Program-made: the position numbers and the translations under genes
Notes under the pieces: model-generated
Database searches by the model: none
Seen by the model: the letters and a program-made list of their open reading frames with translations, nothing else
What the model was told of the DNA's origin: nothing
Shown here: positions 1 through 12,400 of the stretch, piece by piece
Position numbering within the stretch: position 1 is the first letter of the stretch
Layout: every line of letters starts with the position of its first letter
NCBI GenBank assembly: GCA_025594325.1
Contig: JANHCV010000012.1
Coordinates: 744,001 to 808,000, forward strand
DNA length: 64,000 nucleotides
Reading direction: 5' to 3'
DNA from: Blastocladiella emersonii ATCC 22665
Taxonomy: Eukaryota > Fungi > Blastocladiomycota

Positions 1-1031
1 ACGACCACGGCCGGGTCGACGAGCGCGCGCACCAGCGTGTCCGGGTGGCGCAGGTCGGCCCAGCTCCACGACCCGACGATGCGCGACGGGTCGTGCGCGT
101 CGACGACGGCGAGCGCGCCGACCAGAGCGCCGACGAGGAGGCGGATCGCGTCGACGGCGGCCGTACGCGTGGTCACGGTCAGGACGAGCGGCGGCGCGGA
201 CGCGTCAGAGCTGGAAGTCGAGGCGGCGCGGATCAGGCCGAGCGACTCGAGCGACTGCTGCGCGGCAATGTTGACGGCGGGGAACGACGGGCGGTTGGCG
301 TGGATGAAGCGCACCACGTCCGTCTGCGTGCACAGGCGGAACGCGGCGGCGGCGCCGGGCACGGCCGACGTGTGGTGGTGCATCTTGAGCGGCGACGGTG
401 ACTTGGCGTGGGCGGCGGCGGCCGGGTTGAGCGGCGCGCCCATCTCGATGGGCTCGACGTCGGCGTCGGGCGACCCGCGGATCTCGACGAGCCAGCGGTG
501 CAGGCCCTTGGCGAGCGGCTCCATGATGGCGACGAGGTTGGCGTCGGCGGGCGCGATCCACAGCGACCGCGACTCGGGCGTCTGGCCGATCAGGTCGCTG
601 ACGGGGGTGCGGGCGAGGAACGCGATCAGGGCCTCAGCGTCGCTCCACTGCGGGAAGTTGGCGAGCCACCGCGCCACGTCGGCGACCGCGACCATCCCAA
701 TGTACACCTTGTTGGCGCCGTGCTCGACCGTCGCCGTCACGCCGCCCGCCGCGATCCAGTGCGCGGGCTCGCCCCACACGGGCACTGCCTGCACCTCGTG
801 CAGCGCCATGCGGCCCAGCACCTCCCACACGCTCGTGTGCGCGTGCGCGTCCACCACGTCGCGCTTGCGCGCCACCAGCTCGGCCGCGCGGTGCCACCGC
901 ATCGAGTCGCGCTCGGGCGCGCCCGGTGCGTGCTGCGCGTGCTGCGTGAAGTCCATGGTCGCGTGCGCGCCAGCGACGGGGACGCGAGACGCGGCGGCGG
1001 CGAGTGCGTCGGGTGTTGATGCCATGGACAT
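1..1031 (-). CDS. CBS-domain protein (Sds23/AMPK-gamma-like), 3' end runs off the window
   Basis: Open frame from ATG 1031 to the window edge (missed by the ORF track because it has no stop). Translation has CBS-like segments: TSVWEVLGRMALHEVQAVPV, YIGMVAVADVARWL, MEPLAKGLHRWLV, LCTQTDVVRFI. Confidence 0.65.
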   Translation of the reverse strand, partial: MSMASTPDALAAAASRVPVAGAHATMDFTQHAQHAPGAPERDSMRWHRAAELVARKRDVVDAHAHTSVWEVLGRMALHEVQAVPVWGEPAHWIAAGGVTATVEHGANKVYIGMVAVADVARWLANFPQWSDAEALIAFLARTPVSDLIGQTPESRSLWIAPADANLVAIMEPLAKGLHRWLVEIRGSPDADVEPIEMGAPLNPAAAAHAKSPSPLKMHHHTSAVPGAAAAFRLCTQTDVVRFIHANRPSFPAVNIAAQQSLESLGLIRAASTSSSDASAPPLVLTVTTRTAAVDAIRLLVGALVGALAVVDAHDPSRIVGSWSWADLRHPDTLVRALVDPAVV

Positions 1032-1451
1032 GATTTGGTTGTTGTGGTGTTGTTGATTCGTAGCTATCAGAGCGTGTTTGGCGAGAGCGAGTGACGGGCG
1101 GGGGGCGCGGGCGGGTTTTATACGATGGGCCCGAGACCGTGAGAAGCGCGGACGAGTGCAAGAGAGTTGCCGCCCTGCCAAAACGCGCGCGCCATGCGTC
1201 ACCGTGACCCACCGTGACTCACCCCGGGCCCTGTCGTCCCTGATTCCCTGATTCCGACCTGGATTCCGACGAGCCAGCTGCAGAGCGTGAACGTCGCGTC
1301 GCGGGGAGGAGCTCACGGCAGGGGGGCTGCTCCAGCATCGACGAGATCGCCACGGAGGCCCACGTGATCTCGCCGCGGGACCGAGTCGTGCGCCGCCCTC
1401 GCCGATCACCGCCCGCGCTCTCGGCCATCAAGCACCGCCGCACCCACTCCC

Positions 1452-3803
1452 ATGAATGAACCAAACGACTTGATGCAATCTGATGAAATGGACGTAGGCG
1501 ACTACACGCTGGCTTGGCTCCCCGTCGAAATCGCAAGCGTCATTCTTCAGCTCGCCAAGCGGCGGGCTATCGTCACTGCCGCTTCATCGTCGCTTTACGC
1601 CGTGGCCCGCGACGACGCCGTTATCTTCGACTGGACCATCGATGCTGCCGAAAACCTTTGCTCTTGGGCGGTTCACAGATACGACAAGCCCCGCGACGCC
1701 CTTGCTCGCCTCGCCATGGTAGACCTTAATCCTGCTAAGCTTCGGGGGGCTGCTTTCTACAATAGAGATCCATATTCTCGCAAACCCGCGCCAACCGAGA
1801 TGCTTGTCAACATAGCTAAACTTTTATGTCGACGGATTCGACCTCACGAACTCAACGCCGAGTTGTTTCGCCAGCTCCTGAACGCCCCGCTGTCGATGCA
1901 TCTGCGCTCGCTTTGGAATAATCCTCTTGTTTCGCTGGTGCGGCTCGTCATGGCGGCGGTCGCGCACGGCTGGACGGAGCCCCTGATGCAAATCCTCGAC
2001 ACTATTGCCGCCTCCCAGTTACGACCGCTCTTCGACGTGTCCCTGTCGCTCGCCGAGTGGGTTCCTCTCATCCAAGAGCACGTTAGTTGTTCATACTTGG
2101 GCTTATCTGCGGGCAAAGAATACGATCTTCAAGAGTACGATCTTCCCACTTGCCCGTTTCGGTTCGCAAATGCGCTCGCATACTTTGCCGTCTTGTCGTG
2201 GAAACAATCAATTTTTGAACTGCTCCTTGGAAATGCCAACTACGCCGTCGACTTGCCAACTATCTTGTCGTTGCTCTTCTCAGCTGGACCGGCAGGGTTT
2301 GTGCTTCTAACGGCGGATAACAGCCGTGTTGTTCATCACCGTGCGGTAGACAGCTTTGTCAGCTTGATGACGTGGATTCTCAAGCGCGCGAACCAAATGC
2401 CAGCGCTTGTGCGTGACATGTACGTGTCGGCTGCCGTTAGCGTCGGCCACAGAGCGTTCGCACCGCTTCTGGCACGCTTTCCTGACCAATGCTTGGCTGC
2501 GCTTCCATTTGATCTCTTGTGCCAAGACGTGTGTCTCGCCGCCAAGCTTGTGTGCTTAAACGAGGAAGATTTTGACGATGAAGGCGCCCCCCAGCAACTC
2601 GGACGGACAATAGCGAACTGGTTTGACAGCGATCTATCCACGAGTACGCTTGAGCTGCTCATTGCCCATGGCCTTGTTGCGACCAAACGCTGGGGCGCAA
2701 TTCTTGGTGCCGCTCTCGCCCGCAGGGAGTTTGGATTTGTGAAGCAGCTATGCAACCGGTTCACCCTTGACGAGTGGAAACATGTGCTTCTCAACGGTAC
2801 GCTTAACGTTTAGCTCGCCATCGACTCGACTGATTGATTCAAGTCGAGTCTAGCGTTTTGTGCCGGGCATAAGGGGACCTGTGGTGTGGAACTGTGGAAA
2901 GCTGGCTCGGTGCTCCAGTACGCGCTGGTACCAGGGCCTCAGAGTGACAGCGAGTGCCAGTTGAGCCTTTGTGACTTCATTGGTGCGTACTGCGCATATG
3001 CCAGTTCTGTTGGTTGGGCGAATGAGGCGCACCCTGGACATTTTCTTGTGGACGATTGCGGTCCGCCAATTCCCAGCGAGCTTCTGGCCTTCCTTGGCTC
3101 ATACTCGGGCAACGATGAATCGGTGTGGGCGATGTGTGTCGATCTCGTGCAACTTATCACCTGTGCCTGTTCCCCTAACTTTGATGAGGACCCATTTGAT
3201 TGCCAGATTGTACCCGTAGACTTATTCCTGCAGTTTATGCTGCGATCGCTCACCTTTCCCGATCATGTCCCGTGGACGCGGAATGCAATCAGCTCACTTG
3301 GCGACTTGGGCTACACATCATGCCCAACTTGTCCACTCATGGCGCAGCAAGCCTGGCGCACTGCTGTCGAAGACTTACTTGGTTCGTGTCTCACGTACAT
3401 CGAGTGCCCCGTTCCGCCCATGGACCGAATGTGGTCGCGACTTTGTGACTACGCTGGTATCACAAGTGCTAGCCTCAAACCACTGCCTGCACCACCGTGC
3501 GGCTGCGATCGGCTCAAATCCGCCCAACTTGTCGTTCTTGTCATGGTTCGGGCCGCTTGGCGGGACGCAGCGAAGTCGCTCCTGGACGAGGTGGAGCGTG
3601 GCAACATTCCAGTCAGCGTTCTGCTTCTGTTCCCCGATGGCACGATGAAGGGCGCCAAGCGTCTCGAATCGTTGAATGACGTCGCTCAGAAGCTCGTTAC
3701 AAAAGCGGGCGTGAAAGTCAACTCGGACTGGATCGAACTTCAAATTGCGCGAATTGCCTGCCCTGGAGCCCCAGAGTCCGATGATAGCGACGAAGATTTC
3801 TAA
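1452..3803 (+). CDS. F-box-like N-terminus + helical body + CxxC/CxC domain protein (paralog P1), 2 exons
   Basis: ORFs 1452-2813 and 2886-3803 join in frame through a phase-1 intron 2797-2853 (GTACGC..CTGAT..CTAG). N-terminus TLAWLPVEIASVILQLA resembles an F-box. Homologous to loci at 37498-39768 and 42454-44866 with the intron at the same position. Confidence 0.75.
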
Positions 3804-4109
3804 TGCCAGCGGTGGTTCGTGTCACCAAGTCCGCGGCGCCCATTTGTCATTCTGTTTGTTCAATCAGTACCATTATTTACAATCAGTGCTCGATACGCCG
3901 CTTGATCGCCTCAATTGCTGGCTCTTCGTCTTTGCCTCGATGGCTTGGCGCATCCCGCGAGACGCGATGCGCCACACACGTGATATCCAGACGCGTCTCG
4001 CGCCTGAGACAAGTACCTCTGAGGGACGCCAACATAAAGAGAACTCGAGCTCGTGAAAACAACTTAATTATACTTGAGGCACCTAAACGCTTCGCATTTG
4101 GTTTTCAAT

Positions 4110-4127
4110 CGAGGGCTAAAGCCCCCG
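4110..4127 (-). other. 18-nt hairpin downstream of the PIF1 ORF (candidate Helitron-type 3' subterminal hairpin)
   Basis: Minus strand CGGGGGCT-TT-AGCCCTCG: 8-bp stem with one G.T pair, about 125 nt past the helicase stop. No CTRR terminus follows. Confidence 0.25.
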
Positions 4128-4251
4128 CCACGTATGGTGCACGACTGGTGGAGGTGCTGTCGCGTGCGTCCCGCACAGGAGATTTAGGTGATCGAGCTAT
4201 GGAAATCGTGCTATTGATGGATTAGATGATGGAATACACTACGTTAATACT

Positions 4252-7181
4252 CTACTGTGTTTTCTGTTTCTTGGCGTTCTGTGAGCCGTCCTCGCCTCCA
4301 GCACGTTTCTTGGCCAATCGCCGAAACCTTGCGTTGAGAGCATCGGACGCGCGCTTGGCGACTAGCTTCTCACCCGCGTGCTGGCGCGAGAAGAGAATCG
4401 CGTCGTCGAAGAGCTTGGCGATGCACGGGTCGCCTGGTGCGATGGCTGTACCTTGATCGAAAGCGGTCTTGGTCAGCTCGTCGAGCATCTGGAGCCGCTT
4501 GTCCTCGGCCACTGCGAGTGGATCCGGCTTCATGGACTTGAGCACGGCTCTTGGGATCGGCTGAAGCACCCGCAGGTACTTTGAGCGACGAAGCCGCGAT
4601 AACGCCACGTACAGGGAAGCGCCGCTGATGAGACGCTCCATGCCCGCGGGACGCGGATCTGCCAGGGCGATGGCGTGCTTGGTCACGCCTTGAACCCCGT
4701 GGACCGTCATGGCGAAGGCTGGCACCATTGGGTACTGCTCGATGTGCGCGATGACATGATTAGGATACTTGCTCCTGTTGGTTTTGGTGTTGTTGACACA
4801 GAGCGGGAGCGAATCCTTCGTTGTGCTGACGACCCGCTCTCGCGACGTGGAACCGCCCGCCATGTACAGGAAGTCCTTCTTCTCCACGGCAAGCGGGATG
4901 ACCGTGTCAGGCCACGCGGCCGGCATGCCCGGGAAGCGAGTGCCACGAGGAGCGTCGGGCAGGTCGATCCACACGTTGAGTGGAGCGCAGGATGGCCGGT
5001 ACATGTTGGACGCGGTTCGCGTGAACGTGGTCTCGGGCTTCCAGTCGATGTGGTGCACGACGCCAACCGCACCGTTCGCGCACCCCTTTGCTACGCACTG
5101 GTTGGTCTTGACGCGCATCTCCATTCCGACGAAGAGCTCGAGGATGGCCGGCAGTTCAGTCGTGGTTTCTGGCTCTCCTCCGAGGCGGAACACGTCCTTG
5201 TCGCAGATGGCGACGCGTTCACGCGTGCGGCGCCTATCACGCGGGCGCGTGATGTTGCCCTTGGTCTGGAACACGATGCGGTTTGGGTTTGCTGCTGCGA
5301 GCCGCGTGTAGAGCAGGTTGAAGGCGTGGCGCGTGTGGTTGTCAGGCGCGATAACCGTGAGTCCGGGCTTCTTGAGGATCTCCTTGAGGACGTTGTTGCC
5401 GTTTTCGTCGACCTGCTGCTGAAGCTGGGCGGTCGTACGCGAGTTGATCAGGTCGCACAGCGTGTCCGACGCCTCGACGAGGCGGAGCGCGTCCATTTCG
5501 TTGCCCCATGGAGGATCGTCGACAAATCGGTTGCTCTTCACGAGACGAACAGCGCGTGTAGTGCGCCAGTACGCGACCTGGCCTCGATCCACGCGCTCGG
5601 GGACCGTCAATTGCTTTGACGTCATGCGCAGGTAGAACGAGTCCGGCGCGTCGTTGAGCACGGCGGGCACCTTGTACAGGGCAGTTCCGTTGACGGGAGG
5701 CAGCTGTAAATGATCGCCAGCGAGCATGACGATGCACCCGCCGAATGGTTCGTCGCACCGCCGCAGGAGGCGCATGTTCGCGTCGATACGGCCGAGTAAA
5801 GTCGCGTCGCACATGGAGAACTCGTCGATGACGACGCCGAGACGCCCTTTCCACGCGATGGCAACCGCAGGATCGGTACGCAAACGGGCCACGTCCGGGC
5901 TGTTTTCTTTCGGCCTTAGCGAATAAAAGAGAACGCGGCGTGGATGGTCGTACCGCCAATGTTGGCGGCCGCGATCCCGGTCATGGCCATGACCATGAGG
6001 CACTTTTCCCGGTTCCAGGACGCGAGAAAGTATCGGATTGCATCGACGACGCGCGACTTGCCCGTGCCGCCCGAGCCGGTGAGGATGATCGGCGTCCGGT
6101 CCTTGCTCATGGGCGGGAGGGCCGCGGTGCCGACGACATGTTGGACGTCGTCGCGGCCCAACAGGATCACGTTCTGCTCGGCCGAGGCCGCAGCGTCTGA
6201 GATACCTGCGTTGCCGCCGATGAAGGTGTCGATGAGCGGCATGAGGAAGAGCACGAACGCGCGGTGCTGCTCTTCGTTGAGGTTGAACTTGAGCGAGACC
6301 TGCGCGAGGCTCGCGTACGCGGGCGTGTGCACAGTGCGCTGCTCCTCGTCGCTCCACTCGTCGCCGCGTGTGTCGTAGGCAAAGTTGCTGATTGAGTCCG
6401 CGGCTTTGGTGACGAGGAACCGCGCGCGCGCGTCAGGATCCGTTGGCGTGGTCGTGAAGGCGCTGCGCCAAACGTCGACGGCTGGTCCGAGTTCTGGTTC
6501 GGGCACGTCGACGGCCATTTCCGGGTCGATACCATGCTGAGATGTGTTTGTCGAGGCTCCAGATGGCACTGCGGGAACAATACCGATCATGGGTGGCTGC
6601 CCGGGCCCGGGAACGACAGGTACGGCGCCGACATCCGCAGTCGGATGACCTTGAGCCGCGGCAGCGCATAGTTGGGCCATGATCTTCTTGACGTCAGTCG
6701 GCGAGATGGGCGTCTCGAGGTACGGCGGCGGCGGCTGCGCGGCGCTGACATCGAACGGCTGCACGTCGGGGAAGAGCAGGGTGCCCATCATGCCGTGGCC
6801 CATTCCAGGGATCAGCGTAGAAGTCACGCTCTCGATGCGCTCGAGGCTCGCCTCGGTTTCGCCGTCGTCGGCCAGGATGCCCTCCACGTCCGAGTTGACG
6901 ATAGTCGTGTCGAGAACAATGACGTTCTCCGACTGACCGACGACGTCAAGCACGGGTCCGGCTCGCGCGACGCTGACGGCACCGCCGCGGCCGCGGTTCC
7001 TCTGCGACGTGAACGCGTCGGACTCGTCAGAATCCGGCGACGACCCGGGCTTCCCCGGCGACGAGGCCTTCACCTCGGCAGGCGTGCCGCGCACGATGAA
7101 GGGCATGCGGGCCGAGCTCAACGAGGCCACGGAGGTGTACCACGAGTGCATGCTCGACGGCCGCGAGAACTTTGTCAACAA
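4252..7181 (-). mobile_element. PIF1-family SF1B helicase of Helitron/Helentron type, split by one frameshift near 5925; no Rep domain seen
   Basis: LNEEQHRAF, Walker A GSGGTGKS and AMTGIAAANIGGTTIH lie in ORF 5916-7181. Walker B IDEFSM, GDHLQLPPV, AFAMTVHGVQG and YVALSR lie in ORF 4252-6357. The frame change is in TTCTCTTTTATTCG with no GT-AG intron. Mobile-element origin is inferred from motif style. Confidence 0.6.
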
Positions 7182-8210
7182 CCTCGCCGCGCACCAGACC
7201 GCCCGCGCCGCGGCAAAAGGCGTCGCATCGGGTGCCGCTGGTCACGGTGTGCAGCAGGTCGCCGCCTCGATTGCCGATTGCCGCGGAACCCGCGGCGCAG
7301 CAGCTCACTTCGAGCAATGTTCCACGCTTGATGCTGCTTCAGGTTAGAGCGCTGGATCTGAGGCTGGGAAGGAACTGGGAGTCGGGAAAGGCGGGGGCAG
7401 GAGTGCATGAGCGGAGTCATTGGAGTTTGCAGTTCCGGTCCCACGGAGCCGACGCGATGCGCCACGCGGGGGCGGCGCCACGTTGCTTCGCTCCGCCGCT
7501 TCGGGTCGACCGATGTCGGCTGCACTTCGCTCCCTGAGCGCCGCTCCGCTACCCTTTCCCACAGAATTCACCCGTTCCCCAAGCGCAACGACGACGTGGC
7601 AGCCGGCCATTGGCTCGGGGCACCCTAGCCGCGGTCACTCTGTCGCGCGATTCGAGTTTGGCCGGCCATGGACCCGCGCACGCCTTCCTGGCCATGGTCG
7701 TCCTCGAAGAACACGCGCTTTCACGGCGACGATGTCCGAGGCGGAGGAATCTCGCGTCGTCGATTGTCCGCCCTGCCGTTCGGCCGGCGCTGGCGCGATG
7801 TGGCGCAGCCGCGAATGAAACCGCCGCCTATTTCCGACTCCCTTCTCCTCTCTCTCCACGCTCCGCATTGGCTAGCGACAGCGACCCCAACGCGTATTTC
7901 GAGCACCTGGGTCGCTGACGTGCACGTTGAAAATTTCACGCTACGCCCCACGGCAAGCCCCAGCGCCCATCTCGCTGCACCACCTTGCTCGTCAAGTGGA
8001 AGGGGATAATCGGCGCACGCCGCGGCAACGGGAACGACGATTCCTCCGCTCGTGCGTCCATCGCTCCGCCGCCCGCGTTGCTGACACGCTGGCCATGCGC
8101 CATCGCGGTGAAGAGGGCCGTCGAAGCCTACAAGTAGGACCTGCGTCTCCGCCCTCGTCTCGTCCTCCCTCAACCAGCAGACCACCAGCAACGCGACCAA
8201 GATCACCGCA

Positions 8211-8939
8211 ATGACCTCCGCCAACACGCCGCCCGAGTCGTCGGCCAAGTTTCCGTGGGCACCGCCGGTCCTGTACCGCGTGCACAACAAGCTGGCGCCG
8301 CCGACCAACTTCACCGACGACCGCTGGTTCAAGGGCCTGCGCTACGGGCTCATGGGCTACTGCCTGCTGGCCGCCGGCTTCTTTGTTCTGACGGGCCTCA
8401 ACCTCGTGCTCCGGTTCATCCCGCGCAGCAGCGACTCGCCGACCTTGTGGGAGGTGCTGCCCGAGCAGTACTACTTCATGAACCGGCTGGTGCACGAGTG
8501 GATGTACGTGGCCGCGGCGCTGTCGGCGCTCGGGTTCGTCATGAACGTGTTCGGGATCGCCGCCGTGTACCTGCGCAACATCCGGCTCGTCTTCGTGTAC
8601 CTGCTGTGGTCGGTGGGGCACGTGCTCATGTACGCGGCCGTCATGGGCGTGACGCTGATCCTCATCACCAAGAACGCGAGCGAGCGCACGTTCCCCGGCA
8701 CGCGCGTCGAGGATAAGACGTTCGGCGACCATATCGCGAGCTGGGTCATGCTGCTCACGTTCCTGCTGCCCGATTTCGCCCTGTGGAGTTTGACCCGTGC
8801 GGCCGCGTGCTTTGTGACGTGGCTATTTTACACGGAGCTGCGCAACTACAAGCTCGAGCTCGCCCGCTACGCGCGCGAGACCGCGCCGCAGCCCGATGGC
8901 CAGGGCAAGGACGGGCCCGAGTTTGTGATGGCCGCTTGA
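8211..8939 (+). CDS. Small multi-pass membrane protein (about 4 TM), unknown function
   Basis: 242-aa ATG-initiated ORF with strong GC3 bias and four hydrophobic segments (e.g. YGLMGYCLLAAGFFVLTGLNLVL, VFVYLLWSVGHVLMYAAVMGVTLILI). Confidence 0.75.
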   Translation: MTSANTPPESSAKFPWAPPVLYRVHNKLAPPTNFTDDRWFKGLRYGLMGYCLLAAGFFVLTGLNLVLRFIPRSSDSPTLWEVLPEQYYFMNRLVHEWMYVAAALSALGFVMNVFGIAAVYLRNIRLVFVYLLWSVGHVLMYAAVMGVTLILITKNASERTFPGTRVEDKTFGDHIASWVMLLTFLLPDFALWSLTRAAACFVTWLFYTELRNYKLELARYARETAPQPDGQGKDGPEFVMAA

Positions 8940-9452
8940 GAGCTCGATTCGCTCATAGAATAGATGGATACCTTTGCACGACCTCTATCTCGTGATGGAT
9001 TACAGTGTAAGGAAGGTTGTATCAGTGAGCGATCGCGAGTTGATGACCATGGCCGTGACCGTGGCCGCTCGCGGTTTCGGCGCAAATCTCAGCGTTACTA
9101 ACAGTAACCGCGACGGATTTAGGTCAACTTCTCCTCAAACGCGTTGCGTTTGGTCTCGCGACTGTACTCACCTTGGCGCGACCACGGAACTGCGCGGTGG
9201 CCTCAGCAGTCGCGTTAGCCGGCGTCGATCAAAGAGGCACCGCCTACGTCAGAAAGCTTCGCGACAAGCCGTCCCTCCGTCAACGCATATCATTTGTTCT
9301 CTTCGACCCGCACCAGCACGCTCGCAAGCGGTTTGAATTCTTGTTCGCGGATCACTTGTCGAGTGTGACGATGGCCGCGACCATGACCATGGTCACTCAT
9401 CACCGCGACCTGAACGTGAACAAGCTTGACCGAAAAAAAAAGAGATCAAATT

Positions 9453-12400
9453 CTACTCTTTCGCGCCATACTTGCGCTCCCAACTCGCCCTCGCCCTGGC
9501 GCGTAACTGCGCCGCGGCCTCGTTCCCCGTATCCGCAACCATCCTCGCAAACAACCCGTCCCCCTCCGCCTTCTGCAACAACACATGCGGGTGATCAAAC
9601 TCGACGACATTCCCCGCATCGATCGATAGCACACGATCCACGTCAATCACGGTCGCGATTCGGTGCGCGATAATCAGCACCAGCACGTCCCGCAACCCCT
9701 CTTCTTCCGCGAGCGCGCGCTGGATCAGCTCGTCGGACCGCTGGTCGACCTGGGCCGTCATTTCGTCGAGGCAGAGGACTTTCGCCCCGCCGTTGCCGCC
9801 GGCGATGCGCAACAGCGCGCGCGCGAGACACAGCAGCTGCCGCTCGCCCGCGGAAAACGCGTCGTCGACGCGTGTGTCGAGCCCGCCGGGCATCGCGGCG
9901 ACGGTGTCCCTCAGGTGCGCGCGGTCGAGCGCGCGCCACAGCGCCGCGTCGTCGTGCTCGCCGAACGGGGACAGGTTCAGGCGCACGGTGCCGGAGAAGA
10001 GCGTCGAGTCCTGCGGGATGATGGCGAGGCGGCGGCGCAGCGCGGGGATGCCGAGGGCGGAGGTCGGAATGCCGTCGAGGAGGAAGTCGCCTTCGACCGG
10101 GTACATGGCGAAGAGGGATTGGATGAAGCTCGATTTGCCTGAGCCCGTGCTACGCGGGTGCGAGAAGAGGGTGAGTGCGGGTTCGAGATGCGCGAGAGAG
10201 TAGAGGAACGTACCGCCCAACGATCCCGATGCGCTCGCCCGGCATAAACGTGAGGTTCCACCTGTCGAGGACGACGGGCGCGTCGGCCGCGTACCGGAGC
10301 GACATGTCGCGGACCTCGAGCGCGGAGGACCGCGGCCAGCCGTTGGGCACCACCACCACCTCCTTCTCGGACGCCGTCAGCGAGATGATCTCCTCGCGCG
10401 GCAAGTCGCAGTACTGGAGCATCCGCTCGACGCACACGAACATGTTCTCGCACTCGACGCTCTGGCGGACCATCCACTGGAGCAGGCGGTTGAGCTGGAG
10501 CGCGTACGACAGCGCGAGCCCCGCGAGCGACGGGCTCAGGGTCCCGCCGAGCGCGATCAGGACCGCCGCGCCGCCCGCGACCCCGATGAACGCCGCGAGA
10601 ATCAGGTCGAGCCGCACGGCGAGCCAGCGGGTGCACCCGTACAGGTCGAGCGCGGCGCGGGCGTTGGCGTCGAGCAGCGCCATGAACTTGTCGGCGAACA
10701 GTGGCTGCGCGTGCATGGCGCGGACGACGGGGAGCGCGTCGAGCGAGTCGGACAGGTGCGCGTACACGGGCGACCGCGTCGTCGACTCGAGCCGTTTCAG
10801 GTTGCGGCTCGCGCCGACAAACTTGCGGCGGAGGTACAGGAACAGGACCGCCAAGAACGGCACCACGAGCGCGACCCACGGCAGCACGACGACGATCACG
10901 ACGACGGCGCCGACCACGAGGAACAGGACCTGCGCGAAGTTGAACACGAGGCTCGGCAGCTGCTCGTCGACCTGCGACATGTCTTTTGCGAACCGGTTCA
11001 GGATCCGGCCGACGGGCTGTGTCGCGAACCAGGACATGGGCGCGTCCAGCACCGCGTGCAGCATCCGCACGCTCACGTCCTGCGACGACGACATCAGCAT
11101 CCAGTACGCGAGCAGCGCGCGCGCGAAGCCCAGCGTCACGCCGCCGAGGATCAGGCCGAGGAACCAGGACATGGCCGCGGTGTCGGCGGATTGAGCGGTG
11201 GGGGAACCGCGCACCCACCGCGCCAGGACCCAGTCGGACATGACGCCCGCGACCTGCCCGCCGACCATGAGGAGCGCGAAGAGGAGCAGCAGCGGAGTGC
11301 TCGTCGGCGTGATCAGGAACCGCACGTACGTTGACAGCGTCACCGAGCCTGTCGCCGAGACCTCGGCCTTGCTCTCGGGCTCGGGCGCCGCCGCGACCGC
11401 GGGCTCGCTGTCCTCGACCACGAACTCCTCCGCCTGCTTCTCGCCCGCCACGCGCGCGGGTCCCGTCGCCGCGCCAGCCGCGGTCGTCGCGGTCGTCGAC
11501 TCGGCGTTGTACTGGAGAAGGTACTGCATCCACGGCGAAGCACGCTCACCCGCGCTTGTCGCGGCAGCCATGAGATCGGCCCAGTTCCCCGCCGCAACGA
11601 CCTCGCCGCGGTCGACGACGAGGATCGACTCGCACTCGCGCGCGAACTGGAGCTGGTGCGTGGCGAGGATGCGTGTGGTGCGCGCGAGCCGCGGGGAGGT
11701 GCGCAGCGCGTCAAAGAGTTTGCGGCCGACGGTCGGATCTACACTCAAAGTGTCAGCATGCGATCGTGGGCAGAGGAAAGCGCGAAGCGACGTACCGAGC
11801 GCAGCAAGCGGATCATCCAAAAGCAACGTTGCGGCGCGCGAGTAGACGGCGCGAGCGAGCGCGACGCGCGCCTTCTGCCCGCCCGACAGCTTGAGCGAGC
11901 GGACGCCGACCTGGGTGTCGAGCCCGTGCGGCCACCGCGCAATATCGCGGGCGAGGTCGCACATGTCGACGACCTCGGCGAGCCACGCGGCGTCGAGCGG
12001 GGACCCGAACGTGATGTTCTCGGCGACGGTGCCGTCCAGCAGCCACGCGGACTGCGGCGCGTAGCCGACGCGGCGGCCGGCGAGCGGGGCCGCCGTGGCG
12101 GGGGAAGGGGAGGGCATGGTGCCGAGGAGCGCGTTGAAGAGCGCGGACTTGCCCGCGCCGACGGGTCCGATGACGCACGTCAGCGACCCGGCGGGGAACG
12201 TGTGGTCGGCGACGCGCAGCTCGAAGTTCGTGGAAGGCCACGCGAAGCGCGCGTCGCGCAGGGTGATGGTCGGGCCGACGCCAGCCTCCTTTTCGCTCAC
12301 GTCGTCGCCGACGGGGAGCTCGGGCTCCGCGAGAAACGCGGCGATCCGCTTGCTCGAGACCCAGAACTCGGACGCGGCCTTGATCCCCTTGGGCATGAAC

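Noticed and set aside
5915-5935. Programmed ribosomal frameshift in PIF1
   Set aside because: There is no X-XXY-YYZ slippery heptamer at the junction; an indel is simpler.
4252-7181. Endogenous giant-virus origin of the helicase
   Set aside because: No capsid, PolB, packaging ATPase or other viral hallmark gene is in the window.
7009-7347. Protein-like plus-strand ORF opposite the PIF1 N-terminus
   Set aside because: It is largely the codon-register antisense of the helicase ORF and has no independent support.
11739-11795. Stop-free 3n introns (also 38424-38495 and 59069-59128) as regulated intron retention
   Set aside because: Short GC-rich introns often lack stops, and retention would disrupt conserved domains. 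There is no evidence without RNA data.
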